Positions 36,210-47,400 of a stretch of 64,000 bases of DNA are shown in pieces (positions within the stretch are counted from its first letter, which is position 1; each line of letters starts with the position of its first letter). The stretch lies in sequence record PV611058.1. One strand, given 5' to 3'. The notes under the pieces were generated by a model. It did not search any database. It saw only the letters and a program-made list of their open reading frames with translations, and was not told the DNA's origin. The position numbers were made by a program, and so were the translations under genes.

Positions 36210-38351
36210 ATGGCAGTTTTTTCCAATTTAGAAGGGACCATGATGCCAACATTCAAGTTGGGTAAACGTGGTGCTTCTATTAATTTTGTAAACGATTCTG
36301 TCGCAATCAAAGACTTTTTAGGCGAAACGTTCCTACCTGTTAAGGTGGGAACTCCTAATGACGATGATTCCGCAGTAAACGTTAGGTATCTTGAAGATAA
36401 CCCAAATGCTTTATTTGGCGTACTTCCACCAACAAATGACATTGGTAAAAATAACAACACTTATTTTCAAGTTGATTCTGAGGGTATTGTTGATATCTTT
36501 GCAAAAACAAATGATGTTTGGGTAAAATCATTATACATTAATAAAAATGTCCTTTCCAGTGTTAACGGTGCTGATTATATCGGACTTATTACTGGAGGAA
36601 CACTTCAACAGGCACAGTTTTACATAACTCCAGAAGAGTTTGGTGCAAAAGGTGATGGTATCACTGATGACACGGCGGCGGTTAACGCATGTGCAGTTTA
36701 TGCTAAAGAACACCAAATCCAAATTCAAGCTGGTGGTAATTATCGTATCAGAACTGCTGTTTATTTGAATGATATTCAATGGTTTGGCGGTACAATCACT
36801 GGTAACGGTGGCACAATGGTATCAGTACTGAATAGTACAATCCAACAAGCAACATTAACAGGATGTTATTTAAAATTCTTTGGTGGTAATGGTAAATTTT
36901 ATTTTAATAAATTTATTAATATTACAAGTACTGCTGCATTTCTAATGCAAGGTATGACTGAATCAGGTACTATCGACTTCTGCTTTAATGAAATGACACA
37001 ATGTAAGTACGGTGTTCTTCAGCAAGGCACTGGTGAGAAAATGACCGTTGGGCGTTATTCATACAACCACATCCATGATATATATGGTGATGCAATTGAA
37101 TTGAACGTAGTCAACTCACATTACCCAGACGGATTTGTAATAGAAGGTAACTTGATTGAAAACGTAGATGGTACAAATGCACCAATTCCTCTTTCAAACT
37201 GGGGTATTGGTATCGGTGTTGCAGGTTCTGGTCCTTATGATGTGAATGCTGATGATTCACAATATGTAAAAAAATTCGTTATAAAAAATAACCGCTTGTA
37301 CAATGTCCGTCAATGTATTCACGTTGAGTTGGGTAAAGACTTTAAAATTCTCAATAATGAAGTTTATCCATCAACGTTGGTATCAATTGGTACTGGTTTG
37401 ACAACCGCTGGTGTAATTACTTATGGTTCTGTTGATTTTATTATTGATGGCCTATCTGGGCATCTATTAAATGATCCATCAGTAACTAACCGTATGGTTT
37501 CTATTAACTGGGGCGTAACATCTGGTAAATTTGCTGGTCCTCCACGAAACTTTAAATTATGTAATCTCCACATTCCTGAGTCGTCTATTATTGTGTATAC
37601 TTCAGGCTCTGATAATTGGCTAAATACTACTGAACTTTCTAATATTACATGTAGTAGAATTCAATGGCGTGGATTGCCGTCATCTTCCAAGTTTAATAAT
37701 ATCAGTACTAAAGAACTTGATGTTATTGGACAACACCTTGCAACTGAAGGTGAAGGAGGGGGCTTATATACTCGCTCTAAATATACATATACCAACTGGA
37801 CTAATTGTGTTGTTCAAGATGATTGTAACATATCAAAATATAGTTTCTCAAGAATGTATGTTGACCGTATTGACCAATCATCTAATAACTTTAAAGTAAC
37901 CACTGCAATTGATGGAACGGGTCATCGTGGACCTGTAGTAATACCTGTAGTTGAACAGTATTACGTGCCTTATGATGTTTTTCCTGGTGGGAGATATTTC
38001 CCAGCAGGAACAATTATCCATAAACAATCAGGTGGAAAATTTATTGTTACAGTAGGTGGTTCTTTCTTTGGTCGATATGACACAATTAGACAAACAGTTG
38101 CAGGACAAACTTATATCGAAGCATTGGGTGTATCATGGGGTGATAATCAATATGCTAAAGCTGCTGGAACCGAAATCCTAATCACAGGAGCAGGGGAAAA
38201 TGGCGAAGATTTAAAAACATATATCACTAGAGCAGTTTATGTTGTTAATAATGCGTATCGTATCGATATTGCCGATCCGATTGTTACTGCTACCGCAGCA
38301 GGGGCATTATTAAAAGCTGCTCAACCAATAACATATATCACCCTATCTTAA
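36210..38351 (+). CDS. Tailspike with WcaM-like beta-helix (probable colanic-acid depolymerase)
   Basis: FGAKGDGITDDTAA head motif. GDAIELNV, NWGIGIGVAGS, RQCIHVE.GKDF and YG..DFIID match the WcaM/phi92 colanidase family by eye. Confidence 0.8.
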   Translation: MAVFSNLEGTMMPTFKLGKRGASINFVNDSVAIKDFLGETFLPVKVGTPNDDDSAVNVRYLEDNPNALFGVLPPTNDIGKNNNTYFQVDSEGIVDIFAKTNDVWVKSLYINKNVLSSVNGADYIGLITGGTLQQAQFYITPEEFGAKGDGITDDTAAVNACAVYAKEHQIQIQAGGNYRIRTAVYLNDIQWFGGTITGNGGTMVSVLNSTIQQATLTGCYLKFFGGNGKFYFNKFINITSTAAFLMQGMTESGTIDFCFNEMTQCKYGVLQQGTGEKMTVGRYSYNHIHDIYGDAIELNVVNSHYPDGFVIEGNLIENVDGTNAPIPLSNWGIGIGVAGSGPYDVNADDSQYVKKFVIKNNRLYNVRQCIHVELGKDFKILNNEVYPSTLVSIGTGLTTAGVITYGSVDFIIDGLSGHLLNDPSVTNRMVSINWGVTSGKFAGPPRNFKLCNLHIPESSIIVYTSGSDNWLNTTELSNITCSRIQWRGLPSSSKFNNISTKELDVIGQHLATEGEGGGLYTRSKYTYTNWTNCVVQDDCNISKYSFSRMYVDRIDQSSNNFKVTTAIDGTGHRGPVVIPVVEQYYVPYDVFPGGRYFPAGTIIHKQSGGKFIVTVGGSFFGRYDTIRQTVAGQTYIEALGVSWGDNQYAKAAGTEILITGAGENGEDLKTYITRAVYVVNNAYRIDIADPIVTATAAGALLKAAQPITYITLS

Positions 38352-38365
38352 AGGAGATTATAAAA

Positions 38366-39265
38366 ATGGCAGTTTTTTCTAATTTAGAAGGAACCATGAA
38401 GAAGACCTTCATACTTGGTAAAAATGGTGCACAAATTGCCACTAATGGTAATGTTGTTCAAATCCAGAACTACACGGGTACACAACTTCTTCCTGTTTCA
38501 GCAGGTGACCCAACCGCAAATACACACTTGGTTACATTGGGTTATTTGAATACACATAGCGGTGGTGGTGGCGGTTCCGGTATTTTACGTGGAACTATTG
38601 CACCATCTGAATCAATCGGTGTAGATGGTGACGCTTACTTCTTAGTTGACAGTACTAATATTATTCAGATCTATATTAAAGACCTTGGTGTTTGGAAGCC
38701 TCTCCAAAGCACAACTCCAGGTACTGATAGTTCTTACGTTACTACTGAAATCGTTCCTGTATCGGCATTTACATTAGTTCCTGGAACAACAGATCAATAT
38801 ACTTATTCTTTACCTGAATCAGTACATGGTCGTGGACCAGATATTATGGTTCAGCTACAGGGTGATCCTGGTAACATCCCACTTGACACTGTATTCCAAA
38901 CTAACGTCACTGTGAGTGGTATTGGTGACATTACGATTGATGTTATTGGTCAAATCACTGATTACACAAGTGTCAAAGTCAACATCATAGGAGCAACAAC
39001 AATGACAGTACCTTATAGTAAATTAATTAACCAAGCGGATTGGGTAGTATCTAGTGATGAATACACCATTACTATCCCAGCGTCTGAACATAACCAAACA
39101 CCTGATAATTTGTATATTTCAATTTATTCAAATAAAACTCCAGGTAGCACAGCAGCATCACCATTTGAACTGGTAATAACCGAAACTCAAATTGATGCAA
39201 GTGGTAATGTTACATTCACTTCTGACGAAGCGTTTAGTGGTAAAATAGTAATTTCCGGCAAATAA
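38366..39265 (+). CDS. Fibre adaptor/structural protein paralogous to the tailspike N-terminus
   Basis: Identical first 11 aa (MAVFSNLEGTM) to 36210..38351, and a shared P...G.D.YF.VD...K..VW motif. Confidence 0.65.
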   Translation: MAVFSNLEGTMKKTFILGKNGAQIATNGNVVQIQNYTGTQLLPVSAGDPTANTHLVTLGYLNTHSGGGGGSGILRGTIAPSESIGVDGDAYFLVDSTNIIQIYIKDLGVWKPLQSTTPGTDSSYVTTEIVPVSAFTLVPGTTDQYTYSLPESVHGRGPDIMVQLQGDPGNIPLDTVFQTNVTVSGIGDITIDVIGQITDYTSVKVNIIGATTMTVPYSKLINQADWVVSSDEYTITIPASEHNQTPDNLYISIYSNKTPGSTAASPFELVITETQIDASGNVTFTSDEAFSGKIVISGK

Positions 39266-39274
39266 AAAAAATAG

Positions 39275-39307
39275 TCCAGACTATGATTCATCGAGTCTGG
39301 ATTTTTT
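39275..39307 (+). terminator. Intrinsic terminator
   Basis: TCCAGACT / AGTCTGGA stem followed by a T run. Confidence 0.7.
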
Positions 39308-39315
39308 ATATCAAC

Positions 39316-39339
39316 AACTAAATATATGTATATTAACAA
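39316..39339 (+). promoter_or_regulatory. Duplicated upstream element of fibre A (contains TAAATA, late-like)
   Basis: AACTAAATATATGTATATTAACAA, 23/24 identical to 44380-44403. Confidence 0.6.
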
Positions 39340-39383
39340 GGTCAAATGTATTTTATGCTTTTTGCCTATTTGGAGGGAACTAA

Positions 39384-42300
39384 ATGTACTCGATTAAAAC
39401 AGATCTCGATATAACTGGTGGTGCAACGGTTGGTAAAGATCTTCTTGTGAAAGGCGATGCAGTATTCAATAAAAATCTAACAGTTAATGGAACTGTAACT
39501 TTTGCTGACGCTGTATTCACTGCAATTGAAGCAGGAACTGTAGACATTTCATCTACACTAGATGTTGCTGGTAAAGCATCATTGAATGGTGGAATTGAAG
39601 TTCATGGTAATTCCGTAATTGGTAATTTGCCTGTTGGTTCTGATACTGCAACAATTAATTCTAATGCACAATTCCAAAGCCCAGTATCAATGGCAGGTAA
39701 CCTAACACAAACCGCTGGCACTGCTGTACTAAAAGATACCCAAGTGGCATCAATGGATGTTCTTGGAACTTCTTCATTTAAAGGTAACATTACTGCTGAA
39801 ACTGGCACTACCGCAGCATTTGACAAAATAACTGCAACTGATGCAACATTCACAAACACTGCAACTACTGATATTACATCAACTGGAACTGCAAACTTTA
39901 AAGATGTGAATATTTCCGGTACACTAGGTGGAACATTTAGTCTATCTGATGTTAATGCAACAACTCTAACTGTTTCTGGTTTAACCAGTCTACAAGGTGG
40001 TGTTACATTAGGTTCCAACATTACTGGTGTGAATAGTAGTGCAAACTTCCGTGATATTAAAATTGGTTCCAATGCTGCAAACACTAACTACCGTTTGAGC
40101 TTTAACTATTCTGCTCCAAGTCTTCGTCCAACTGTAATTCTACAGAACGAAATCCAATCAGAATTGATGTCTCCAGCTACCCTAAGTGTATTGAAAACTG
40201 CATCTTTTGGTGATTCGTCATTATCCACTTTTGGTATTACTGGTAATGGTCTAAACAAACTAGATTACCTAACAGTATCTGGTAACTCTGTTCAAGATCC
40301 AACAACTCCACTATTACAAGTAACTTCAGGTAAAACTAAAGTTCATGATTTCGAAGTAACAGGAACTGCAACTATTCCTAACATTGAAAGTACTGGTACT
40401 GCTAATTTTAATAACATCAACGTATCTGGTACACTCGGTGGTACTTTCAGTCTTGATGATATTGAAGCAAACACACTAACTGTATCCGGTTTAACTAGCC
40501 TTGTTGGTGGTGTAACTTTAGGTGCTGATATTTCCGGTGCTAATAGTACTGCTAATTTTAAAGCAGTAAGTTTAGGACAAAACGCCGCCGATGCTAACGT
40601 TAAGTATGGTTTTGCTTATTCTGCCCCTGGTGCTCGTCCAACTGTAATTCTACAAAATGAAATTCAGTCTGAGCTAGTATCTCCAGCAGTACTTAATGTA
40701 CAAAAAACTGCAACCTTTGGTGATGCATCTCTTGCAACCTATGGTATCACAGGTAACGGTCTAAACAAACTAGATTATCTATCTATTACTGGTAATGGTA
40801 CACAAAGTCCAGCTACACCACAACTACAAGTTGCTGGTAAATCAGTACTAAATGATGTTGAATTCACTGGTACTGTAACTGGTCTAACTGTTGATGTGAG
40901 TGGACAAGATCTAACTCCTAAATCAGTAGTTGCTGCTGAAGCAATCAAAGGTCAAACCCTTGAATCAGTTGGTCAAACCACCGTAGGAACTAACCTACAA
41001 GTTGGTGGAACTGCTAATGTTGTTGGTGCACTAACTGGTACTGCTGCTACCTTCACTGGTGATGTAAGTGCTGCTAAAGGTACTTTCAGTGGTGATGTTA
41101 GCGTTACTGGTCAAACTGTAACTGTACGTGATTTAGTAGTAACTGGTACAACTACTGGTGTAACTGCCCAAGCTGATGTTGATGGTCTTGATATCGCCCC
41201 AAATAAAGTTGATGTTACAACAACACTATCTGTTGCTGGGGACACTACTTTAGCTGGCCTAACTGCTAGTTCAGTAACCAGTACTGGTGATGTTACTGGT
41301 GCGTCTGTATCTGGTAATACAGTAACTGCGGCTGGTGCACTATCTGGTGGTTCTCTTGCAGTAACTGGTGCTGGTTCTATGGCTTCACTAACTGTTCCAA
41401 GTATTACTGGTGACACTACTTTTGCTAATAACGTAACTATTACTGGAACACTAACTCCGAGTAGTATAGATTTAAGCACTACTGATGTAAGTGCTGCTTC
41501 TTTAACAACTACTGGTAACGTAACTGTGGGTGGTTCTCTTGCAGTAACTGGTGCTATTGATTTGTCTGCTGCTGATGTAGTAACAAAATCAGTTAGTGCA
41601 ACTAACCCAAGTACATTTGGTGTAATTAATGCATCTTCTGTTGTCGCAACTGGTGACGTTTCAGGTGGTACACTAACTACTACTGGTGCAGCGAAAGTAG
41701 GAACACTAACTAGTACTGGTGTAGTATCTGGTTCGCGTTTGTCTTCTGGTACTGCAACAATCACAACTTCTGTAACAGTTCCAACTTTACAAGCTGAAGC
41801 TGCTGGTGCTGGTACACTAAATCTAGCAAGTAATGTTGTCGCGGCAAAAGATCTAACTGTCACTGGTGTATTCAAACCTGAAGGTGGTCTTGATCTAACA
41901 ACTGTTGATATTACTGCAAACTCACTAACTACTACTGCTGATGTTAATGTTGGTGGAAACTTAGTAGTTGATGGTACTTTTGACCTAAGTGCTGCTGATG
42001 TGTCTGTGAAATCTCTTGCAAGTGCAGAGACAATTACAAGTGCTGGTGTTATTACCGTTACCGATTCAACCAATACTAGTTCGTTACCTAAAATTACTTC
42101 AACTGATGCAACACTCTTTACAGTAAATGCAGGTACTATTAATGCAACTGGCAACAGTGTACTACAAAGTGTATCAGCTACTCAAGTAACTGCTACTAGT
42201 GCTGAATTTTCTGGTGGTGGCCTTGGTCTTCAAGTTGATAATGATGCAAACGTTGGTGGTGCATTATCTGTTGGTGGCATTGCAACTGTTGGTTCTTTAA

Positions 42301-44300
42301 CAACAACTGCTGCTTCTCTTAATATTGCAAAAAATACTGCAATCACTGGTGATTTAGCTGTATCTGGTACACTAACTGCTGGTTCAATCGACCTAAGCAA
42401 TACTGATGTAACCGTTAAATCTCTTGATTCACTAGGTAACGCACACATTGCTGGTAACCTAACTGTTGATGGTGCATTCGACTTAAGTGCAACTAACCTT
42501 GTAGCTGCAAGTCTAGCAAGTACTGGTTCTACTACTGTTGGAACTGATCTAGTACTAACAACTGGTGTTGTGACTGGTAGCCCAGCTATCTCTGGTAATA
42601 CAACAATCGGTGGAACTCTTGGTGTAACTGGTGCTGTTAACCTAACTGATATTGTTAATATCGGTAAGAAAGTAACAGTGAGTACTGGTGGTATTCAGGT
42701 AGTTGATGGTGGTATCAATACTAACACAATTAACGTTTCTGGTGCTTCTACTCTAGCAGGAACTTCCATTACTGGAACTTTAGGTGTAACTGGTGCTTCT
42801 ACTCTAGCAGGTGTATCTGCGACATCACTAACAGTTTCTGGTGACAGTACTGTTCAGAAACTAACTGTCCAAGGTGAATTGATCCCACAAGGTGGTCTTG
42901 ACCTAAGCGGTGCAGACATTACTGCTAATAGTCTAACTACTGCAACAACTATCAATGCAACTGGCCTAAGTACTCTAAGTGGTGGTGTTAGTACTTCTAC
43001 TGTGACTGCATCTGGTCTAGCAACTGTTGGAAGTTTAACTTCTACTGCAAACGCATCAGTTGGTGGTAATATGGGTGTAACTGGAACTCTAGATGTTACT
43101 GGTGCTACTACTGTATCTTCACTAACAGCTACTGGTGCAGTGAAAACTGGCACAACCCTAACTGTTGGTACTCCAGTTGGTGAACAACCTGAAACTGTAC
43201 AGATCATTCCAGATACTTATATTGCTGGTAAATTGCGTGTAATCGGCGGTATTAACGCTGAAATCGACGTAAGTGGTCAAACACTAGAACCATATGCAAT
43301 TGAAGCTGCTGCAACACTATCTGCTGTTGGTAACATTACTTCTGGTGCAACCATCGTTTCTAAAGCTGCAACAATTGGTGATGTTGGTTCACAAAACAAC
43401 AACCTAACTGTTAATGGTAACGTAGTAACTAATGGTGACTTCACCGTTACTGGTGTACTAAATGCACAATTGAACCAAGCAGATTCCGATGTAGCTGTTA
43501 AATCTTTAACTGCAACTAATAACGTTGCGGCTGGTACTTCAATCACTGCTGGAACATCCATCACTGCATCAGGCTTACTAAAAGGTAATTCGTTAGAAAT
43601 CACCACTACTGGTTCATTTGGTGGTGCTGTAATGATGCTAAATGGTGCAGAAATTTCTGGTGGTGATTTATATGTTGACGGAACAATAACTGCAACAGAA
43701 ACTTCTAGCTTCCAAGGATTAACTGCAACAACCATTACTACATCTGGTGCTGTTACAATGGCAAGTGCATCTGTAACTGGTGATCTAACTGTAGGTGGTA
43801 CATTAACTGTAAATGGTAACACTGTGATTGGTGATGCTGCTGCTGATACTTTAACTGTAAATGCAACATCTACATTTAAAGAGAACGCAACATTTGATAA
43901 GAACCTAACAGTGACTGGTTCTATTAACACCACCACTGCAAACTTCACTACAAACAACATGGTAACTAAGAAATATTCTGTTATCCCTGCTAGTGTTACT
44001 GCTTCTACTGCTGCTGTAGGTGGCACTTGGACACCAGATGGTACTACTAACGTATATCGCTTAACTCTTGACCAAAGTGTTACAATGGATTCCATCGCGG
44101 GTCTAATTGGTAGTGGTCAAGCATGTTCAGTGTATATCTATGTAACTCCATCTGTTGCTGATACTACTTTCACCTTCGGTGGTGCATACTCTGTAGTTTC
44201 TGGTACAGTAAGTGCTGTAGTTGGTCAAACAAGTATTATCCAAGTAATCTATGATGGTTTCAGTACTGTGTTTGATACCTTCGTTGCACAACGTGTATAA
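39384..44300 (+). CDS. Long repetitive tail-fibre/whisker protein A (1,638 aa)
   Basis: G/T/S/V/A-rich beta-strand repeats, internal duplications and a C-terminal WTPDG..NVY..TLDQ..QVIYDG domain. Paralogue of the next gene. Confidence 0.75.
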   Translation: MYSIKTDLDITGGATVGKDLLVKGDAVFNKNLTVNGTVTFADAVFTAIEAGTVDISSTLDVAGKASLNGGIEVHGNSVIGNLPVGSDTATINSNAQFQSPVSMAGNLTQTAGTAVLKDTQVASMDVLGTSSFKGNITAETGTTAAFDKITATDATFTNTATTDITSTGTANFKDVNISGTLGGTFSLSDVNATTLTVSGLTSLQGGVTLGSNITGVNSSANFRDIKIGSNAANTNYRLSFNYSAPSLRPTVILQNEIQSELMSPATLSVLKTASFGDSSLSTFGITGNGLNKLDYLTVSGNSVQDPTTPLLQVTSGKTKVHDFEVTGTATIPNIESTGTANFNNINVSGTLGGTFSLDDIEANTLTVSGLTSLVGGVTLGADISGANSTANFKAVSLGQNAADANVKYGFAYSAPGARPTVILQNEIQSELVSPAVLNVQKTATFGDASLATYGITGNGLNKLDYLSITGNGTQSPATPQLQVAGKSVLNDVEFTGTVTGLTVDVSGQDLTPKSVVAAEAIKGQTLESVGQTTVGTNLQVGGTANVVGALTGTAATFTGDVSAAKGTFSGDVSVTGQTVTVRDLVVTGTTTGVTAQADVDGLDIAPNKVDVTTTLSVAGDTTLAGLTASSVTSTGDVTGASVSGNTVTAAGALSGGSLAVTGAGSMASLTVPSITGDTTFANNVTITGTLTPSSIDLSTTDVSAASLTTTGNVTVGGSLAVTGAIDLSAADVVTKSVSATNPSTFGVINASSVVATGDVSGGTLTTTGAAKVGTLTSTGVVSGSRLSSGTATITTSVTVPTLQAEAAGAGTLNLASNVVAAKDLTVTGVFKPEGGLDLTTVDITANSLTTTADVNVGGNLVVDGTFDLSAADVSVKSLASAETITSAGVITVTDSTNTSSLPKITSTDATLFTVNAGTINATGNSVLQSVSATQVTATSAEFSGGGLGLQVDNDANVGGALSVGGIATVGSLTTTAASLNIAKNTAITGDLAVSGTLTAGSIDLSNTDVTVKSLDSLGNAHIAGNLTVDGAFDLSATNLVAASLASTGSTTVGTDLVLTTGVVTGSPAISGNTTIGGTLGVTGAVNLTDIVNIGKKVTVSTGGIQVVDGGINTNTINVSGASTLAGTSITGTLGVTGASTLAGVSATSLTVSGDSTVQKLTVQGELIPQGGLDLSGADITANSLTTATTINATGLSTLSGGVSTSTVTASGLATVGSLTSTANASVGGNMGVTGTLDVTGATTVSSLTATGAVKTGTTLTVGTPVGEQPETVQIIPDTYIAGKLRVIGGINAEIDVSGQTLEPYAIEAAATLSAVGNITSGATIVSKAATIGDVGSQNNNLTVNGNVVTNGDFTVTGVLNAQLNQADSDVAVKSLTATNNVAAGTSITAGTSITASGLLKGNSLEITTTGSFGGAVMMLNGAEISGGDLYVDGTITATETSSFQGLTATTITTSGAVTMASASVTGDLTVGGTLTVNGNTVIGDAAADTLTVNATSTFKENATFDKNLTVTGSINTTTANFTTNNMVTKKYSVIPASVTASTAAVGGTWTPDGTTNVYRLTLDQSVTMDSIAGLIGSGQACSVYIYVTPSVADTTFTFGGAYSVVSGTVSAVVGQTSIIQVIYDGFSTVFDTFVAQRV

Positions 44301-44318
44301 CATTTTAAATTAATAATT

Positions 44319-44350
44319 AAAGCCAACTATTTTAGTTGGCTTTTTCTTTT
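44319..44350 (+). terminator. Intrinsic terminator
   Basis: AAAGCCAACTA-ttt-TAGTTGGCTTT followed by a T run. Confidence 0.85.
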
Positions 44351-44379
44351 GTATTAGATAATAGTGTTTTTGTGAATTA

Positions 44380-44403
44380 AACTAAATATAAGTATATTAA
44401 CAA
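44380..44403 (+). promoter_or_regulatory. Duplicated upstream element of fibre B
   Basis: AACTAAATATAAGTATATTAACAA, a near-copy of 39316-39339. Confidence 0.6.
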
Positions 44404-44449
44404 AAGATGGGTTATGAATATATAGTTCATCGTTATAGGAGGGGACTCT

Positions 44450-47400
44450 ATGTACTCGATTAAAACGGATCTTGATGTATCTGGTAATTCCACGGTAGGT
44501 AAGGATCTTTTGGTCAAAGGTAATGCAGTATTCAGTAATGACCTAACGGTTAATGGGGAAGTGTCTTTTGCTAACGCAGTATTCACTGCAATTACCGCTG
44601 GTTCTGTGAATGTCACAGGTGCATTGGATGTTGCTGGTAAGGCAACCTTATCCGGTGGTGCTGATGTTTCAGGTGCTGCGACATTTGCAGGAAACATTAC
44701 TGCTGCTGACGGCACAACTGCAAAATTTGATAACTTAGAAGCTAATTCAGGATCATTTAATTCTGTTGAATCAACTGATATTACTTCAACTGGCACAGCA
44801 ACTTTTAAAGATGTAAACATTTCTGGTACACTTGGTGGTACTTTTAATCTTTCTGATATTAATGCTACAACACTTAATGTGTCTGGTGCTTCAGCACTAA
44901 CTGGTTCAGTCACATTGGGTGCAAATATCACTGGTCTTGCAAGTACTGCAAACTTCCGTGATATTCGTATCGGGCCTAATGAAGCAGGTCAAGCATATAG
45001 ACTAAACTTTGGTTACACCGTTCCAGGACAACGACCAACCGTTCTTCTACAGAACGAAGTTCAATCCGAACTAATGTCACCAGCTAAGTTGAATGTTCTA
45101 CAAACTGCAACATTTGGTGATTCTTCACTTTCAACTTACGGTATTACAGGTAATGGTTTAAACAAATTAGATTATGTAACTATTTCTGGTAACGCAATTC
45201 AATCACCAACCACTCCTTTACTTGAAGTAACTAAAGGTAAAACTAAAGTTGTTGATTTAGAAGTAACTGGTATAGCAACTATTCCTAATATCGAAAGTTC
45301 TGGTACTGCAAACTTTAACAACATCAACGTATCTGGAACTATTGGTGGTAGTTTTGATTTAGATGATATACAAGCAACAACATTATCAGTATCCGGTGCT
45401 TCAGCACTAACTGGTGCAGTTACATTGGGTGCAAACATCACTGGTCTAGCAAGTACTGCAACATTCAAAGCAATCAATTTGGGTCAAAATACCGCTGATG
45501 CTAACGTTAAGCTAGGTTTTGCATATACTGCACCTAGTGCACGTCCAACAGTCTTGTTAGCAAACGAAGTTCAATCTGAACTAATGTCTCCTGCTAAGTT
45601 GAACGTTCTACAAACTGCAACCTTCGGTTCTGCTGCACTATCTACCTATGGTATTACTGGTAATGGTCTAAACAAATTAGATTATCTAACAATCACTGGT
45701 AACGCAACACAAAACCCTGCAACTCCACAACTTCAAGTTGGTGGTAAAGCAATTCTTAATGATGTTGAATTTACAGGTACTGTAACTGGCCTAACTGTTG
45801 ATGTGAGTGGACAAGATCTAACTCCTAAATCAGTAGTTGCTGCTGAAGCAATGAAAGGTCAAACTCTTGAATCAGTTGGTCAAACAACTGTAGGTTCATC
45901 TCTACAAGTTGGTGGTACTGCAACTGTTACTGGTGCATTATCTGCTGCCTCTGGTACTTTCAGTGGTGATGTTAGTGGTTCTAAAGGTATCTTCAGTGGT
46001 AGCGTATCCGGTACAAGTGCAACCTTTACTGGGGATGTTAGCGGTGATAACGCAACCTTTAGTGGCGATTTATCTGCTGTAGCTGGTACTTTCAGTGGTG
46101 ATGTAACCGTAACTGGTCAAACAATCACGGTTAAAGACTTGGTAGTAACTGGAACTTCAACTGGTGTAACTGCAATCGCTGACGTTGACGGTCTTGATAT
46201 TGCTCCAAACAAAGTTGATGTTACAACAACTCTATCTGTTGCTGGTGAATCAACTCTTGCTGGTGTTACAGCAACTTCAATCAATAGTACTGGTGCAATT
46301 GCAGGTACTGCAATTTCTGGCTCTACTATTACAGCAACTGGTGAAATTTCTGGTGCATCATCTGTAGTAACTGGTCTTTCTAAATCTGGTAGCGTTGAAA
46401 CTGGTGCTCTAAAGGCATCTTCTGTTGAAACTGCAATCATTAGTAACACTGCTGGTGTGTCAATAACAAACAACACTTCAATTGCAGGTAATCTATCTGT
46501 GACTGGGACTGTTACCCCTGGTGCAATTGACCTAAGTACTACTGATATTGATGCTAAGTCTCTAACAACTACTGAAGGTGCTAACATTGGTGGTGACCTA
46601 GTTGTTGCAGGTACAGTTGATCTAAGTGCTGCTGACGTTGCTGTTAAATCTCTAACCAGTTCTGGTGCAGTTATTAGTTCTGAAGGTACTGTAAGTAGTG
46701 TTCTACCTAAACTTTCCAGTACTGAAGCTAATATTACCACAGTAACTGCAACCACTGCAAATGCTACCACACTAAATGTAACTGGTACATCAACTCTAGC
46801 TGGTGTTAACGCTTCTGGTGCTATTACTTCTGCAACTAACATTACCGCTACTGGTGTATTAAAAGGTGCATCTGTTGAAACTGCGTCAATCAGCAATGCT
46901 GATGGTGTAGCAATTAACAATAACACTACAATCACTGGTAATTTGGACGTATCTGGGACATTGACCCCTGGTGCAATTGACCTAAGCACCACTGATATTA
47001 GTTCTAAGTCTCTAACCACAACTGAAGGTGCTACAATTGGTGGCGATCTTGTGGTAGCAGGTACTGTTGACCTAAGTGCTGCTGATGTGTCTGTGAAATC
47101 TCTTGCAAGTGCAGAGACAATTACAAGTGCTGGTGTTATTACAGTTTCGGATACAGTGAATTCTAGCACTCTACCAAAACTAATTACTACTGATGCAACT
47201 ATTGGTGCTGTCCATGCAGCTACTATTGAAACAACTGGTTCAAGCACACTAAAACAAGTATCTGCTACTGAAGTAACAGCTACAAGTATTGTACTAAATT
47301 CAGTTGGTGAAGGTTTACGTGTTGACAATGATGCAAACATTAATGGTATATTAAGTGTTAATAATATTACTTCTACCAATGATACTATTGCAATTGCGAA

